Positions 28,383 to 37,024 of a stretch of 42,815 nt of DNA are shown here, in pieces. Each line of letters starts with the position of its first letter. Position 1 is the stretch's first letter. The DNA is taken from IMG/VR virus record IMGVR_UViG_3300036796_000284, positions 1 through 42,815 of that record. One strand, given 5' to 3'. The position numbers and the translations under genes were made by a program. Source of the stretch: a virus (taxonomy: Duplodnaviria; Caudoviricetes). Below the pieces are notes generated by a model. It ran no database searches and was not told the DNA's origin. It saw only the letters and a program-made list of their open reading frames with translations.

Positions 28383-28583
28383 TTAATGGCAGCGTTTGAA
28401 ATTCTCACCGCCTGCATCCTCTACTGCTAAACCCGCCATGACTAGTTGCGTCAGTATCAACTGACAACGCCCCACGCTTATACGCATCAGGTTTGCCAGG
28501 TATTCAACCGACTTCCAATTTTTTTGGCTGAGGCAGCTATAAAGAATTTTCGCGGTATATGTCATATCTTGCTGATTTAGCAT
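28383..28583 (-). CDS. Small winged-helix (TrmB-like) protein
   Basis: 66 aa MLNQQDMT..A...LS...RCQLILTQLVMAGLA, a recurrent small gene downstream of pR' in lambdoid prophages. Confidence 0.7.
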   Translation of the reverse strand: MLNQQDMTYTAKILYSCLSQKNWKSVEYLANLMRISVGRCQLILTQLVMAGLAVEDAGGENFKRCH

Positions 28584-28697
28584 GTCTTTTACTCTTACTT
28601 ATTGGCGTGACATACAGATAACTCTGGTTCGATAAAGCAGCAAGCAGAAAGGTTTGTTTCCCCGACTGGAAGGGTAGTTACTAAACTCTGGGGGCAC

Positions 28698-28720
28698 AAA
28701 AAAACCCGCCGAAGCGGGTT
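28698..28720 (-). terminator. tR' late terminator
   Basis: Minus strand AACCCGC-TTCG-GCGGG followed by U7, shortly downstream of pR'. Confidence 0.85.
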
Positions 28721-28757
28721 CATTAACGTTAGACATACAAAGCCCATTGTTAGAGAA

Positions 28758-28786
28758 ATCCTAACCAGTTTTTTTGAACTTTGCAA
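28758..28786 (-). promoter_or_regulatory. Late promoter pR'
   Basis: TTGCAA-17 nt-TAGGAT directly downstream of Q and upstream of the terminator. Confidence 0.75.
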
Positions 28787-28818
28787 GCAACGTGTCGTTA
28801 TAATTCATGATTACGTTG

Positions 28819-29577
28819 CTATCTTGTGACTTTGCGCAATTGAGCCTCTGCAAATGCTTCTTCCTGCCAGCATTTGGTTACCAGGCGGTTGATGATATCT
28901 GCGTATCCGCTATACCACTGATAGTTCGTCAGGTCCGGAACAAGCTTTTCCACCACTGCGCGTGCCATAGTTGTTGGCACACGGCTATAGCGGTTTCCAT
29001 TGCATCGGCCACACACCTTCATAACCGGTACACCATGCAGACGGGTGCGTTTCTCATCGAGCACTGAGCCTTTCCCTTTACAGCCACGGCAAGCAGTACT
29101 CACCTCACCTTTACCATTACAGTGGTGACATATCTCCTCGACAACTTCAGGTTTAATATGCGCCTCAACACCTTTTACACCTGGATGTTTAACCACATCA
29201 CGTACTGAACGATGTAGCCCAGTCCCAACACAATGCTCACACATGGCTTTGCTGGCCGCCGAACGTGAGTAATCAGCGAATGCGAATCGAGCCAGGCACG
29301 GCACAATTTCACTACGGGCTTCATCACTAAGTTTTTTCAGTACGGGATTGTTAAGTGCCATCGCGTAATTTACCAGCCCTTCAATAGCCGGTTCCGGAGG
29401 TTGAATCCCCATCTTTGCCAGGAACAAATTAAAGCCCAATGGCGCTTTTGACTGCACCATCCCCTGAGCTGCCATAACATCAGTAATAGTCAATGCATCA
29501 CCACCAGTGGCAGGGGAAACATCATTCAGCTTTGGTGATTTTGGGGAATAGAATTTTGGTAATGATTCCAGGTTCAT
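28819..29577 (-). CDS. Q: Late antiterminator Q (phage 82-like, zinc-finger type)
   Basis: MNLESLPKFYSPKS, TDVMAAQG, DYSRSAAS, four CxxCxG motifs; upstream of pR' and lysis. Confidence 0.92.
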   Translation of the reverse strand: MNLESLPKFYSPKSPKLNDVSPATGGDALTITDVMAAQGMVQSKAPLGFNLFLAKMGIQPPEPAIEGLVNYAMALNNPVLKKLSDEARSEIVPCLARFAFADYSRSAASKAMCEHCVGTGLHRSVRDVVKHPGVKGVEAHIKPEVVEEICHHCNGKGEVSTACRGCKGKGSVLDEKRTRLHGVPVMKVCGRCNGNRYSRVPTTMARAVVEKLVPDLTNYQWYSGYADIINRLVTKCWQEEAFAEAQLRKVTR

Positions 29578-29589
29578 AGCAGTCTCCAC

Positions 29590-30579
29590 TTACGCCAGCA
29601 CGCCAATCGCCAGCGAACGATCTAATGTTTTCAGCACCAGCTCAGGCTGGGTACCGTATTTTTTTTCAAATGCCGTTACGTCCGCATGAAGCTCGTCGTG
29701 ATGCCTTCTGCACAAAGGGATCACAAACAAGTCATGCGCTTTGGTACCCATACCACCCTGTCCGTAGCCAATGAGGTGGTGCGGATCGTCAGCAGCGTTG
29801 TTACAGCAAACACACTTCTGGGCTTTTACCCAGCGGGTGTATTTCGGTGACTCCCAGCGGCGGTGCTTTGGCCTCAGCATGTGCGATTCAGGGCTGTCCG
29901 GATCAACTTTAAGCGACAGAACTTTTTTCACTTTCTCCTGCACAATGCTGGTGGCTGGTAACTCATGGACGATGTCGCATTCACGACTCACTGACGGGAT
30001 AACATCTTGCGGCATACGGAGCGCACGCCGAGCCATACCTTCAGGTAGCGAGCCAACAACATCCATCTTCGTCGCCCACCAGCACAGCTCTGGCAATGTC
30101 AGCACATGACTTTCGTCAAAGCCAAGCGTTGCCCGCGCTCTGTCAATTATCCACGCCACCACGTTAGCCGTTGCCAATGTAGAAAGCTGCTCGGTGTAGT
30201 GGTCACGCAGCTGGTTATCACAACCCCAGCAAAGACGTAATGCGCCTGGGTGGAATCGCGTCGTAATCAGTTCGTGATGGTGATAGTCGGAGTGTGGCCA
30301 CTGGCATTGTTTACCCTGTCGCATCAGCCAGGCTTCAAGCCCATTCAGGCCACCAGCAACTTCGGCCACTTTCTCGTTAGTGAAAAACGGCAGAAGTACC
30401 GGATCATCACCAAGCGCCTGACGCGCTGCGGGTAGTTCTCCGGATGCCACATCTGAGAGATATTCCGGCGCGTGGTCGATAATGACCCGATCCCCAAACA
30501 GAGAAAGCAATTCAGTACCAGGCCTGAATATCACCATGCCCAGTTCACGAACAACCACGGGTTTCAGCAGCGCTCTCAT
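29590..30579 (-). CDS. DUF968 (YdfU-like) protein with C-terminal HNH-like Zn motif
   Basis: MRALL.P, CQWPH..YH, LTLPELCWWA, C..C...ADDPHH..G.GQGGMGTKAHD...PLCR.HH.ELH. Confidence 0.9.
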   Translation of the reverse strand: MRALLKPVVVRELGMVIFRPGTELLSLFGDRVIIDHAPEYLSDVASGELPAARQALGDDPVLLPFFTNEKVAEVAGGLNGLEAWLMRQGKQCQWPHSDYHHHELITTRFHPGALRLCWGCDNQLRDHYTEQLSTLATANVVAWIIDRARATLGFDESHVLTLPELCWWATKMDVVGSLPEGMARRALRMPQDVIPSVSRECDIVHELPATSIVQEKVKKVLSLKVDPDSPESHMLRPKHRRWESPKYTRWVKAQKCVCCNNAADDPHHLIGYGQGGMGTKAHDLFVIPLCRRHHDELHADVTAFEKKYGTQPELVLKTLDRSLAIGVLA

Positions 30580-31289
30580 GTTGATGCGCCATTTTGCAGA
30601 TGCTCAGCCCACAACCCTGCTACCCACTTAACTCCTTTCGGTGTAAAGCGTGCCTGAGTGAATGCGTGATTGCTGACTTCGCTGGTGCCAGTTTTCACAG
30701 TGAAGCGCCCTGCCTCAATATGCTGACTGTAAGGCATCATGCCGCCCAATAGCCGGTACATGATCTTACTCTTTTCAAGGAAAGTGCGGCGCTGATACTC
30801 CTTTGCATTGAGCAACTTTGCCAACTGGCGAAAGCCCAGAGCGCCGTTTGCTTCAACATAGTGATCGACAAACTCAACTTTTGGTGCAGCAATGAGTAAC
30901 TGGTTTTCGAGGTAAAGCTTTTGCTCTGCAAGGTCAGCTGCCAGGCGCAGCGCTTCTGGTAAGGACTGCGGAACCACTCCGCCCTGCTCGAGTTCTTGCC
31001 AGCGATCAACTACTGCAGCTGTAAACTCCGGTGACAAGCGAGCCACCAGCACCAATGAATCACGTTTATTGAAGCGATACTCCTGGTAGGTGTTGCCGTT
31101 ATGCTCAAAATCGAACTGCGCCAACGGCGCGGTTAAAACTCCGACAGCAACAAGTCGTTCTGCTGAGCGTTTAACGTCGCCATGTTTGCTATTTACCAGT
31201 GCGGAGATCTCACGGCTGGACATTGTTGGCCCTGATGCCATCAGATGATGCTTTGCACATAACTGTGTACTGCTGAATGTCTGTTGCAT
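30576..31289 (-). CDS. Phage antirepressor (Rha-like N-terminus + KilAC/ANT C-terminus)
   Basis: TMSSREI, LVARLSPEFTAAVVDRWQELE, PQSLPEALRLAADLAEQ, APKVEFVD, FTPKG. Confidence 0.9.
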   Translation of the reverse strand: MQQTFSSTQLCAKHHLMASGPTMSSREISALVNSKHGDVKRSAERLVAVGVLTAPLAQFDFEHNGNTYQEYRFNKRDSLVLVARLSPEFTAAVVDRWQELEQGGVVPQSLPEALRLAADLAEQKLYLENQLLIAAPKVEFVDHYVEANGALGFRQLAKLLNAKEYQRRTFLEKSKIMYRLLGGMMPYSQHIEAGRFTVKTGTSEVSNHAFTQARFTPKGVKWVAGLWAEHLQNGAST

Positions 31290-31291
31290 AC

Positions 31292-31333
31292 GTTCTCCAC
31301 TATTCATAGACCGGCGGCTGCACCCGTTACGGT
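31292..31333 (-). promoter_or_regulatory. GTGCAG-loop hairpin + AGTGGAGAAC RBS element before the antirepressor
   Basis: ACCG-TAA-CGG-GTGCAG-CCG-C-CGGT-CTATGAAT-AGTGGAGAAC-GT-ATG. Confidence 0.6.
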
Positions 31334-31705
31334 TTCATTGATAAATTCTCGAATGGTTATTACTGCGCTGCCCTTCGGCATGACTGGCCCCCAGCTCACC
31401 TCCATGTGCTTTATCTGGCTGTCGTCCTCCCACACGTTGGAATGAGTCAGCGAGTCAAAGAGTGCTTTCAGATAATTATCCAAATCCCGACGCCGGTTTT
31501 CAGGCGGGTACAAAACAACATTTACGGATAGCTCAGCACTGAATGGCTTCGGTATTTTGCGCAATTGCTCAATAACTGAGGCAGTTGTATCGCTGCGATA
31601 CTTACGACCTTTGGCACTAATCAGGTGACGACCTGCCAACGGCCCGCTGTTAGGAGCACGCCAGTAGGTGTTTACGCTCGGTGGAAATGGCAGCGTCAAC
31701 TTCAT
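31304..31705 (-). CDS. rusA: RusA Holliday junction resolvase
   Basis: LPFPPSVNTYWR, RRRDLDNYLKAL.D.L, DDSQI. Confidence 0.95.
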   Translation of the reverse strand: MKLTLPFPPSVNTYWRAPNSGPLAGRHLISAKGRKYRSDTTASVIEQLRKIPKPFSAELSVNVVLYPPENRRRDLDNYLKALFDSLTHSNVWEDDSQIKHMEVSWGPVMPKGSAVITIREFINETVTGAAAGL

Positions 31706-32043
31706 ACATTTTCGCCCTCTTGCTGATAACGACTCAGAAGAGACAGCGCCCGCTCAGCACACCCAACATTGCAGGCAAGCAGATCTCTAATAACGTCTAA
31801 CGCTTCGTCACGTTGCTGAGCTGGCGTATCCATTCCGATGATCTGAATACCACGGGCTTTATATTTAGTGATACTGATAGCCCCTTTACGCTCCAGCGCC
31901 TTCAGATGTTCGGCAGCGGCGTTCGGTGAGCTCAGACTCATCTGGTCGGCAATCTCCTGGCATGTTGGTGGATAACCGTTCTGATCCTGAAAGGCTGTAA
32001 GTATTGCCAGCACTTCTTGCTGGCGTGGAGTGAGCTGATTCAT
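31702..32043 (-). CDS. LexA DNA-binding-domain protein lacking the peptidase domain
   Basis: LTPRQQEV...GYPPT..EIA...SPNAAAEHLKALERKG.I....ARGI aligns with the LexA N-terminus; 113 aa. Confidence 0.88.
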   Translation of the reverse strand: MNQLTPRQQEVLAILTAFQDQNGYPPTCQEIADQMSLSSPNAAAEHLKALERKGAISITKYKARGIQIIGMDTPAQQRDEALDVIRDLLACNVGCAERALSLLSRYQQEGENV

Positions 32044-33926
32044 GCTGCAACCCCCTGTTTGAGATTGCACATTTCAGGAAGGTTCGCCCTGACTAATGCT
32101 TCAGCGAAAGGCGGCGGTACCGCATTACCACAACGGGCTACTTGCTTGTCCTTAGCGTATTTAACGCCGCGGTAGTCCTGGTCAATGATGTACCAATCTG
32201 GGAACCCTTGAGCGCGGTAGAGTTCATGCGGCTGAAGCATGCGCATACCAATATCGACTATCCGATAAGTCACACCGTCGACGGTAACAAACTCTTGATA
32301 ATCATCGCCGCAGTACTCACGCAGGAAGGCCGATACTTGTTCTGCGCGCTGCTCGTCATACTCATCGACCGCCAGATATGTCTCGACGTTGCCAACATGC
32401 AAGCCGCCAGCCGTTAAGCCTGGTGCGGGTGCATCTACAACCCTTCCGTCTTTGCATGTACCGCGCAGCATAACGAGATGGGATGTAACCAGGGCGTGAT
32501 GATCCACTGTTGTCACTGAATGCACAGGCTCATCCATCGAGACACCCGGCCCCGTGTAGTTGCCTCCAAAATGCTTAACGAGATTTGCCGCAACTACAGC
32601 GAATTTGCCGCCGCCGGCAGTGACTGTGCCTAATGGTTTTTCAAGTTGAAGCACTCGAGGTGATTGCCCCAGACGCTCGCCATATCCCATTTGGATTAGA
32701 GTCGCTGCGCAAAGTTGGCTTTTACCGCCACCACCAGCAGTGATAGTGCCGTTTGGTTCTGTCACCGCATGCCCAATGCTATTTCCAAACTGGCGACCAA
32801 CAAATGGAGCGATGTACGCTTCCACAATCCCCAGCGCATGCCCATTACCACCTGGGCGTTTCGATGTCCCAGCAGTAACTGTCGGTACCGGTTCGCGGCA
32901 ATCCTGTCCCGTTGCGCCAGTTCTGAACTTAGTCAGGTGTGGTACCGCAATAGCGTAGCCATGCGTTTTGGTTATGGTCTGCAACGGCTCAGCCAGTGAC
33001 TGTCCACGAAAGCAGTCATATTTCGTTTTGGTGCTGGTGTGGTTGCACTTAACGATGAATGGTGTCGGGTTGTCGATAACGAACCGTTGAATGCCGCGAG
33101 CTATGCGCTTTAACGTATTCGTTGCCAGTGGTCGCTTACGCTCAAAAATGCTCGGGCAATCCAGTGACCAGTCGATACATTCGGCCGCTGTACGCCATGG
33201 TTGTAACGCACCGTTTAGAACTCCAAGCGACTTCGGGTCGCCATGTGTTGGATCAGGCCATGTAACCGGCTGACCGTCACAACGCATAACCATGAAGAAG
33301 CGTTTACGAATAGTTGGCGCACCGTAGTCACATGCTCGCAGTTCACGTGAATCAACCTCATATCCCAGACCGTTGACCAGGCGGATTGCATCTGTGCTGT
33401 TTGGTGCGATACCGAGGAATTCACAAGCTTCAGTCAGTGCAGGATTTCCGGCATCAACTCCAACACTTAGCATCCCTACGAATGCTACAAATGTTTCACC
33501 AGCACGTTTCGGATCTGGTCGATGATCTCCGTTATCGTCAACCATCAACGGCCCCCACGTTTTAAATTCTTCAACGTTCTCAAGCATCATCACTCTAGGA
33601 CGAACTGCGAGCGCCCAGCGAAGAACAATCCAGGCAAGACCACGAATTTCACGCTCAACCGGCTTTGAGCCTTTCGCCTTGCTAAAGTGCCGGCAGTCTG
33701 GCGAGAACCATGCCAGGCCAACTGGATTGCCTGCCGTTGCTTGCTTTGGGTCAATATCAAAAACAGATTCGCAATAGTGCAGAGTGTCCGGGTGATTGGT
33801 GGTGTGCATCGCCACGGCATTAACATCGTGGTTTATTGCGATATCCACACTGCGGCCAATTGCCAATTCAATACCTGTACTTGCACCACCGCCACCAGCA
33901 AAGTTATCTACGATGATTTCTTTCAT
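32040..33926 (-). CDS. DNA cytosine-C5 methyltransferase with long repetitive variable region
   Basis: FAGGGG motif I, SPDC catalytic motif, ENV, R.RFF, RML...EL..AQGFP, GNAVPP. Confidence 0.93.
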   Translation of the reverse strand: MKEIIVDNFAGGGGASTGIELAIGRSVDIAINHDVNAVAMHTTNHPDTLHYCESVFDIDPKQATAGNPVGLAWFSPDCRHFSKAKGSKPVEREIRGLAWIVLRWALAVRPRVMMLENVEEFKTWGPLMVDDNGDHRPDPKRAGETFVAFVGMLSVGVDAGNPALTEACEFLGIAPNSTDAIRLVNGLGYEVDSRELRACDYGAPTIRKRFFMVMRCDGQPVTWPDPTHGDPKSLGVLNGALQPWRTAAECIDWSLDCPSIFERKRPLATNTLKRIARGIQRFVIDNPTPFIVKCNHTSTKTKYDCFRGQSLAEPLQTITKTHGYAIAVPHLTKFRTGATGQDCREPVPTVTAGTSKRPGGNGHALGIVEAYIAPFVGRQFGNSIGHAVTEPNGTITAGGGGKSQLCAATLIQMGYGERLGQSPRVLQLEKPLGTVTAGGGKFAVVAANLVKHFGGNYTGPGVSMDEPVHSVTTVDHHALVTSHLVMLRGTCKDGRVVDAPAPGLTAGGLHVGNVETYLAVDEYDEQRAEQVSAFLREYCGDDYQEFVTVDGVTYRIVDIGMRMLQPHELYRAQGFPDWYIIDQDYRGVKYAKDKQVARCGNAVPPPFAEALVRANLPEMCNLKQGVAA

Positions 33927-34798
33927 GCGTTTATCTCCATAGAACTGGCCAGCGAACGGGCAGCATCGATAATTGACGGGACTGGCATTTGCTCAAGCCA
34001 CATTCTGTTGATGTGTTGTTTCAATTTTTGCTGGTGATTCGCAGGTAATGAAGAAGCTAAATCAACCTGTTCAAAAACCATTCCAACTTCTGCAGGCCAC
34101 AGCGTTTCAGAAATAATTTCTGGCATATTTTGTTGTTGGATTTGTGGTACCAGGCGCATTGCTTCACGGTGGATCTGTGCGATAAATGCATCCCCTTGCG
34201 CTTCCAGATCCTTACGGCTGATGTAACTCATCGCAGGTCCGCGCCAATTCTTATCGAACACGGCCACCGCACCCGCAAAGAACGCACCAGAGGGAACCTG
34301 TTTTTCATCAGCTGGGATAAACCAATCCGGTAAATCAAAACCAATACGCCCACGAATAAAAGCAATATGATCGGCATCTTCTGGCCACCAGATTTCACTC
34401 GTCGCCGCCTTAATCAGAAATACGTAGCGCCCGCCTTTTTCACGCATTGCGCTGGCATGCTCCATGATGTATCGCATGCCGGTGATGTATTGATCGTCAT
34501 GCTGGCTCGCACGGCTATATGGTGGGTTAGCGAATGCCGCACCGTTTAGTTCTTTCAGACGTTCTGACCAGTCCTGAGTTATCGCATTGTCTTCTGCGGT
34601 ATAGAAAGCAATGCACTTCGCGTTCTCACCATCGCTAAACAAGTCGAGGACTAACGGTCCAAACATTGCATTAATACCCCAGAAAATGTTGTCCGGAGTG
34701 CGCCACTGATCGCCAACTTCTTTCAGTTTGTGAGCTGGTTGCTGGCGCAATGTATTCAGAGCCAGGCAGTATGGATTTTGGTTTGTTGTTTTGTTCAT
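33923..34798 (-). CDS. dam: Phage N6-adenine methyltransferase (phage Dam family)
   Basis: DQWRTP, LDL, NPPYS, F..GRI.F motifs. Confidence 0.9.
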   Translation of the reverse strand: MNKTTNQNPYCLALNTLRQQPAHKLKEVGDQWRTPDNIFWGINAMFGPLVLDLFSDGENAKCIAFYTAEDNAITQDWSERLKELNGAAFANPPYSRASQHDDQYITGMRYIMEHASAMREKGGRYVFLIKAATSEIWWPEDADHIAFIRGRIGFDLPDWFIPADEKQVPSGAFFAGAVAVFDKNWRGPAMSYISRKDLEAQGDAFIAQIHREAMRLVPQIQQQNMPEIISETLWPAEVGMVFEQVDLASSLPANHQQKLKQHINRMWLEQMPVPSIIDAARSLASSMEINA

Positions 34799-35814
34799 GC
34801 TGCAGCTCCTTGCGTTCCACATTGGGCCTGCTCTTTCCAGATGGCATTCCAGCGGCTAATAGCAAAAGACGGACTCTGCTTGCGCAGGTTCGCCGCACTG
34901 GCTGCTTTACAAACTTGCTTTTCATGTTCGCTCGGTTTGGTCTGTGAGATGGTGCCACTCATGTACCGGCGGTATGCCGCATCACGTTCCGTCGTGTCCC
35001 CCACTGAAACCTCACCCGGCTTGACCCACTTCCCGTTCACGTTTTCAGGTCGGCCAGCGGCAGCCCACTTAGTGGCGGACTGGAGATAACCCGGGAATTT
35101 TGCATTCTGGAACAGCGTGGAAGGACGGAGGTACTCGGCCATCTTGATATCGGCACCCCACTTCGCCTGGCTGTAATCCACAACCAGCTTCAGGTCTTCA
35201 GCACTAAAATCTTCACCCAGTCGGGCACGAATGTTTTCCAGAGAAGATTTGCTGACCTGGTACCGTGAACCTGTCGTGAGATTCAGATGCGCCAGAACGT
35301 GTTTAGCCAAATCAGTAATTTCAACTTCACGGTCGGTCTGCGCAGCAGGCTGACGAGAGTCTTTATCTTCTGATGGATCTTGTTTTGAATTTACTGACGG
35401 ATCCCCGCCAGATTCTGGAGGGTGAAAACCCGGTTTCTTGCTGGATTTTGACCCGTCAAATTTTGATGCATCAGATTTTGACCCGTCAGATTCTGACACC
35501 TCAGAAACTGGAGGTAGAGAAAGTGCCGCAGTACGAAGTTTCTCAACATTCAGCTGGTAGACGTTTGACGCATTACGGTTACCCTGACGGCGTTGGCGGC
35601 GAGTTATCCAGCCTTCGGTTTCCAGCTTGCTCATCGCAGTGCGTACAGTGCTGACACCGGCACCAATCTGACGAGCAATGGTTTCGACTGACGGCCAGCA
35701 CACACCTTCATCACTGCTGAAGTCAGCCAGGCGCGCCATAATCACCACGCTGGAGATCTTCATGCCCGACGCCGCGCAGCCGTCCCACACATAGCTGCTT
35801 AACTTAGTGCTCAT
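34795..35814 (-). CDS. Replication initiator protein (N-terminal HTH, C-terminal phage domain)
   Basis: LADFSSDEGVCWPSVETIARQIG HTH; YLRPSTLF...KF.GYL; internal DNA iterons. Confidence 0.9.
   Translation of the reverse strand: MSTKLSSYVWDGCAASGMKISSVVIMARLADFSSDEGVCWPSVETIARQIGAGVSTVRTAMSKLETEGWITRRQRRQGNRNASNVYQLNVEKLRTAALSLPPVSEVSESDGSKSDASKFDGSKSSKKPGFHPPESGGDPSVNSKQDPSEDKDSRQPAAQTDREVEITDLAKHVLAHLNLTTGSRYQVSKSSLENIRARLGEDFSAEDLKLVVDYSQAKWGADIKMAEYLRPSTLFQNAKFPGYLQSATKWAAAGRPENVNGKWVKPGEVSVGDTTERDAAYRRYMSGTISQTKPSEHEKQVCKAASAANLRKQSPSFAISRWNAIWKEQAQCGTQGAAA
35444..35503. repeat. Four tandem 15-bp iterons (replication origin)
   Basis: GATTTTGACCCGTCA / AATTTTGATGCATCA / GATTTTGACCCGTCA / GATTCTGACACCTCA, with degenerate copies at 35411 and 35504. 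Confidence 0.85.
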
Positions 35815-36157
35815 TCGTCCGCCCTTGTGAATTTTTCCCTGGACCGCTCAACAGGCTGCATACAGTCATGTTCATAGCCTTCACGTCTGAATATGACTTG
35901 CTGCTTTTCCCTGTCGTAACCGGTAACCCGGACGATGTTTCCTCGCCAGTCACGGTACTTACGGTCAAGCTCTTGCACTGCTCAGCCTCATGCTTAATCC
36001 GCATGTCTTCTACCAACCACGCTGCGAACTGGTAGTTGATGGCGACCCACTCACCCAGTAAATTGGCTTCATACAAGAACGGGGCAACATCACGACCACC
36101 AGCTATTGAGCGGCAACGGATTTGCGGTGTTCCCTGATTTCTGGTTAAACTGTTCAT
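35804..36157 (-). CDS. Hypothetical protein between cII-like and rep (position of e14 ymfM)
   Basis: ATG with AGTGGAGAAC RBS; MNSLT start; syntenic position. Confidence 0.6.
   Translation of the reverse strand: MNSLTRNQGTPQIRCRSIAGGRDVAPFLYEANLLGEWVAINYQFAAWLVEDMRIKHEAEQCKSLTVSTVTGEETSSGLPVTTGKSSKSYSDVKAMNMTVCSLLSGPGKNSQGRTNEH
35811..35978 (-). CDS. DUF4222-like small protein (not in the ORF track, 55 aa)
   Basis: GTG start after GAGG: MQELDRKYRDWRGNIVRVTGYDREKQQVIFRREGYEHDCMQPVERSREKFTRADE; stop overlaps the rep ATG (ATGA). Confidence 0.75.
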   Translation of the reverse strand: MQELDRKYRDWRGNIVRVTGYDREKQQVIFRREGYEHDCMQPVERSREKFTRADE

Positions 36158-36160
36158 GCG

Positions 36161-36709
36161 TTAAAGTTCTCCACTGAATCGACACGCCACGGCGCCCGGA
36201 GCTGCACACTCGCGGGCGTCACTCTTTCTAGACGCAACAAACATATCTACTGAACCTTCAGAAACACCGTACAAAGCCATCAACCCCATAAAACCGTGAA
36301 TCTGGTGACGAATGGTGTTGTGAAACAGCTTCGATAATGTTTTCTTTTCCCTGCTATCAATGACGCCGTCTTCCATGGCTGCAAACTTCGCCTGGTCCAA
36401 CTTTCCTTTAACCGCGTTCGCTTCCATCTCAAGCTGGAATAAGTCCACATTGTCGATTGCTTCAGGTGCAGGTACTTCCACCAGCAGCTTTCCCCGACGC
36501 GATGCAAAGTATTCAGCTAGCAATGAAGTGCCAGACAGGTCTTCCATTTTTTCCAGTTCGTTGATGCTGAAGAAACGGCTACCAACTTTCTGATACATGT
36601 GGTTATGAAATTGGTCGATGGACATATCCAGCGCTGCCGCCATACCTAAACGTCCGGATGGGTATGCCTTACACATAGCGCTTATCGCTGATTTGATGTT
36701 GTCTACCAT
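36161..36709 (-). CDS. CII-position regulatory protein (YmfL-like)
   Basis: GRLGMAAAL.M...F.N..Y.K..SRFF...EL..MEDLSGT..LAEYFA; directly after cro. Confidence 0.82.
   Translation of the reverse strand: MVDNIKSAISAMCKAYPSGRLGMAAALDMSIDQFHNHMYQKVGSRFFSINELEKMEDLSGTSLLAEYFASRRGKLLVEVPAPEAIDNVDLFQLEMEANAVKGKLDQAKFAAMEDGVIDSREKKTLSKLFHNTIRHQIHGFMGLMALYGVSEGSVDMFVASRKSDARECAAPGAVACRFSGEL
36166..36220 (-). promoter_or_regulatory. GTGCAG-loop hairpin + AGTGGAGAAC RBS element at the end of the cII-like gene
   Basis: CGCCCG-C-GAG-TGTGCAG-CTC-CGGGCG ... AGTGGAGAAC-TTTAACGC-ATG; the same hairpin may double as an OOP-like terminator on the plus strand. Confidence 0.6.
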
Positions 36710-36734
36710 CTTGTTTTTCCTTTGGTAGTTACTG

Positions 36735-36932
36735 TTAGGCAGCGGGTTCGCTAGTCTTTTGGTATAGAGAGGCGTCATATTTCAATTTGCCTTTCGTAAT
36801 CCGTTCAATAACGAAAGCCTGCTTTTCCGGAATTACATCCCCCCATCGGCTTACAGCTGGGTGAGAGATGTTTAAAGCACTAGCCGTCTTGGATATGCCA
36901 CCAAAGTGTTTCACTACTTCTTTCTTGAGCAT
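36735..36932 (-). CDS. cro: Cro-like repressor
   Basis: 65 aa, HFGG..KTA.AL.IS.PAVS.WG..IP....IE.IT.G.L; GAGGA RBS; divergent from cI. Confidence 0.93.
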   Translation of the reverse strand: MLKKEVVKHFGGISKTASALNISHPAVSRWGDVIPEKQAFVIERITKGKLKYDASLYQKTSEPAA

Positions 36933-36958
36933 TTAGTCCTCCTCTATTTGATGAATCA

Positions 36959-37024
36959 AAGGTAACAAAAGGTACATCAAATAGCAAACAACAGTTACAC
37001 CAAAAGGATGTAACATTAGTTACA
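36959..37024. promoter_or_regulatory. OR operators with pR and pRM
   Basis: 16-bp sites GGTAAC-AAAA-GGTACA (36961), GCAAAC-AACA-GTTACA (36984), TGTAAC-ATTA-GTTACA (37009); pR on minus strand TTGCTA-17-TACCTT; TAACAT -10 candidate for pRM. Confidence 0.8.

Noticed and set aside
35411-35518. 15-bp tandem repeats as a possible CRISPR or VNTR
   Set aside because: No spacers; position inside the initiator gene fits origin iterons
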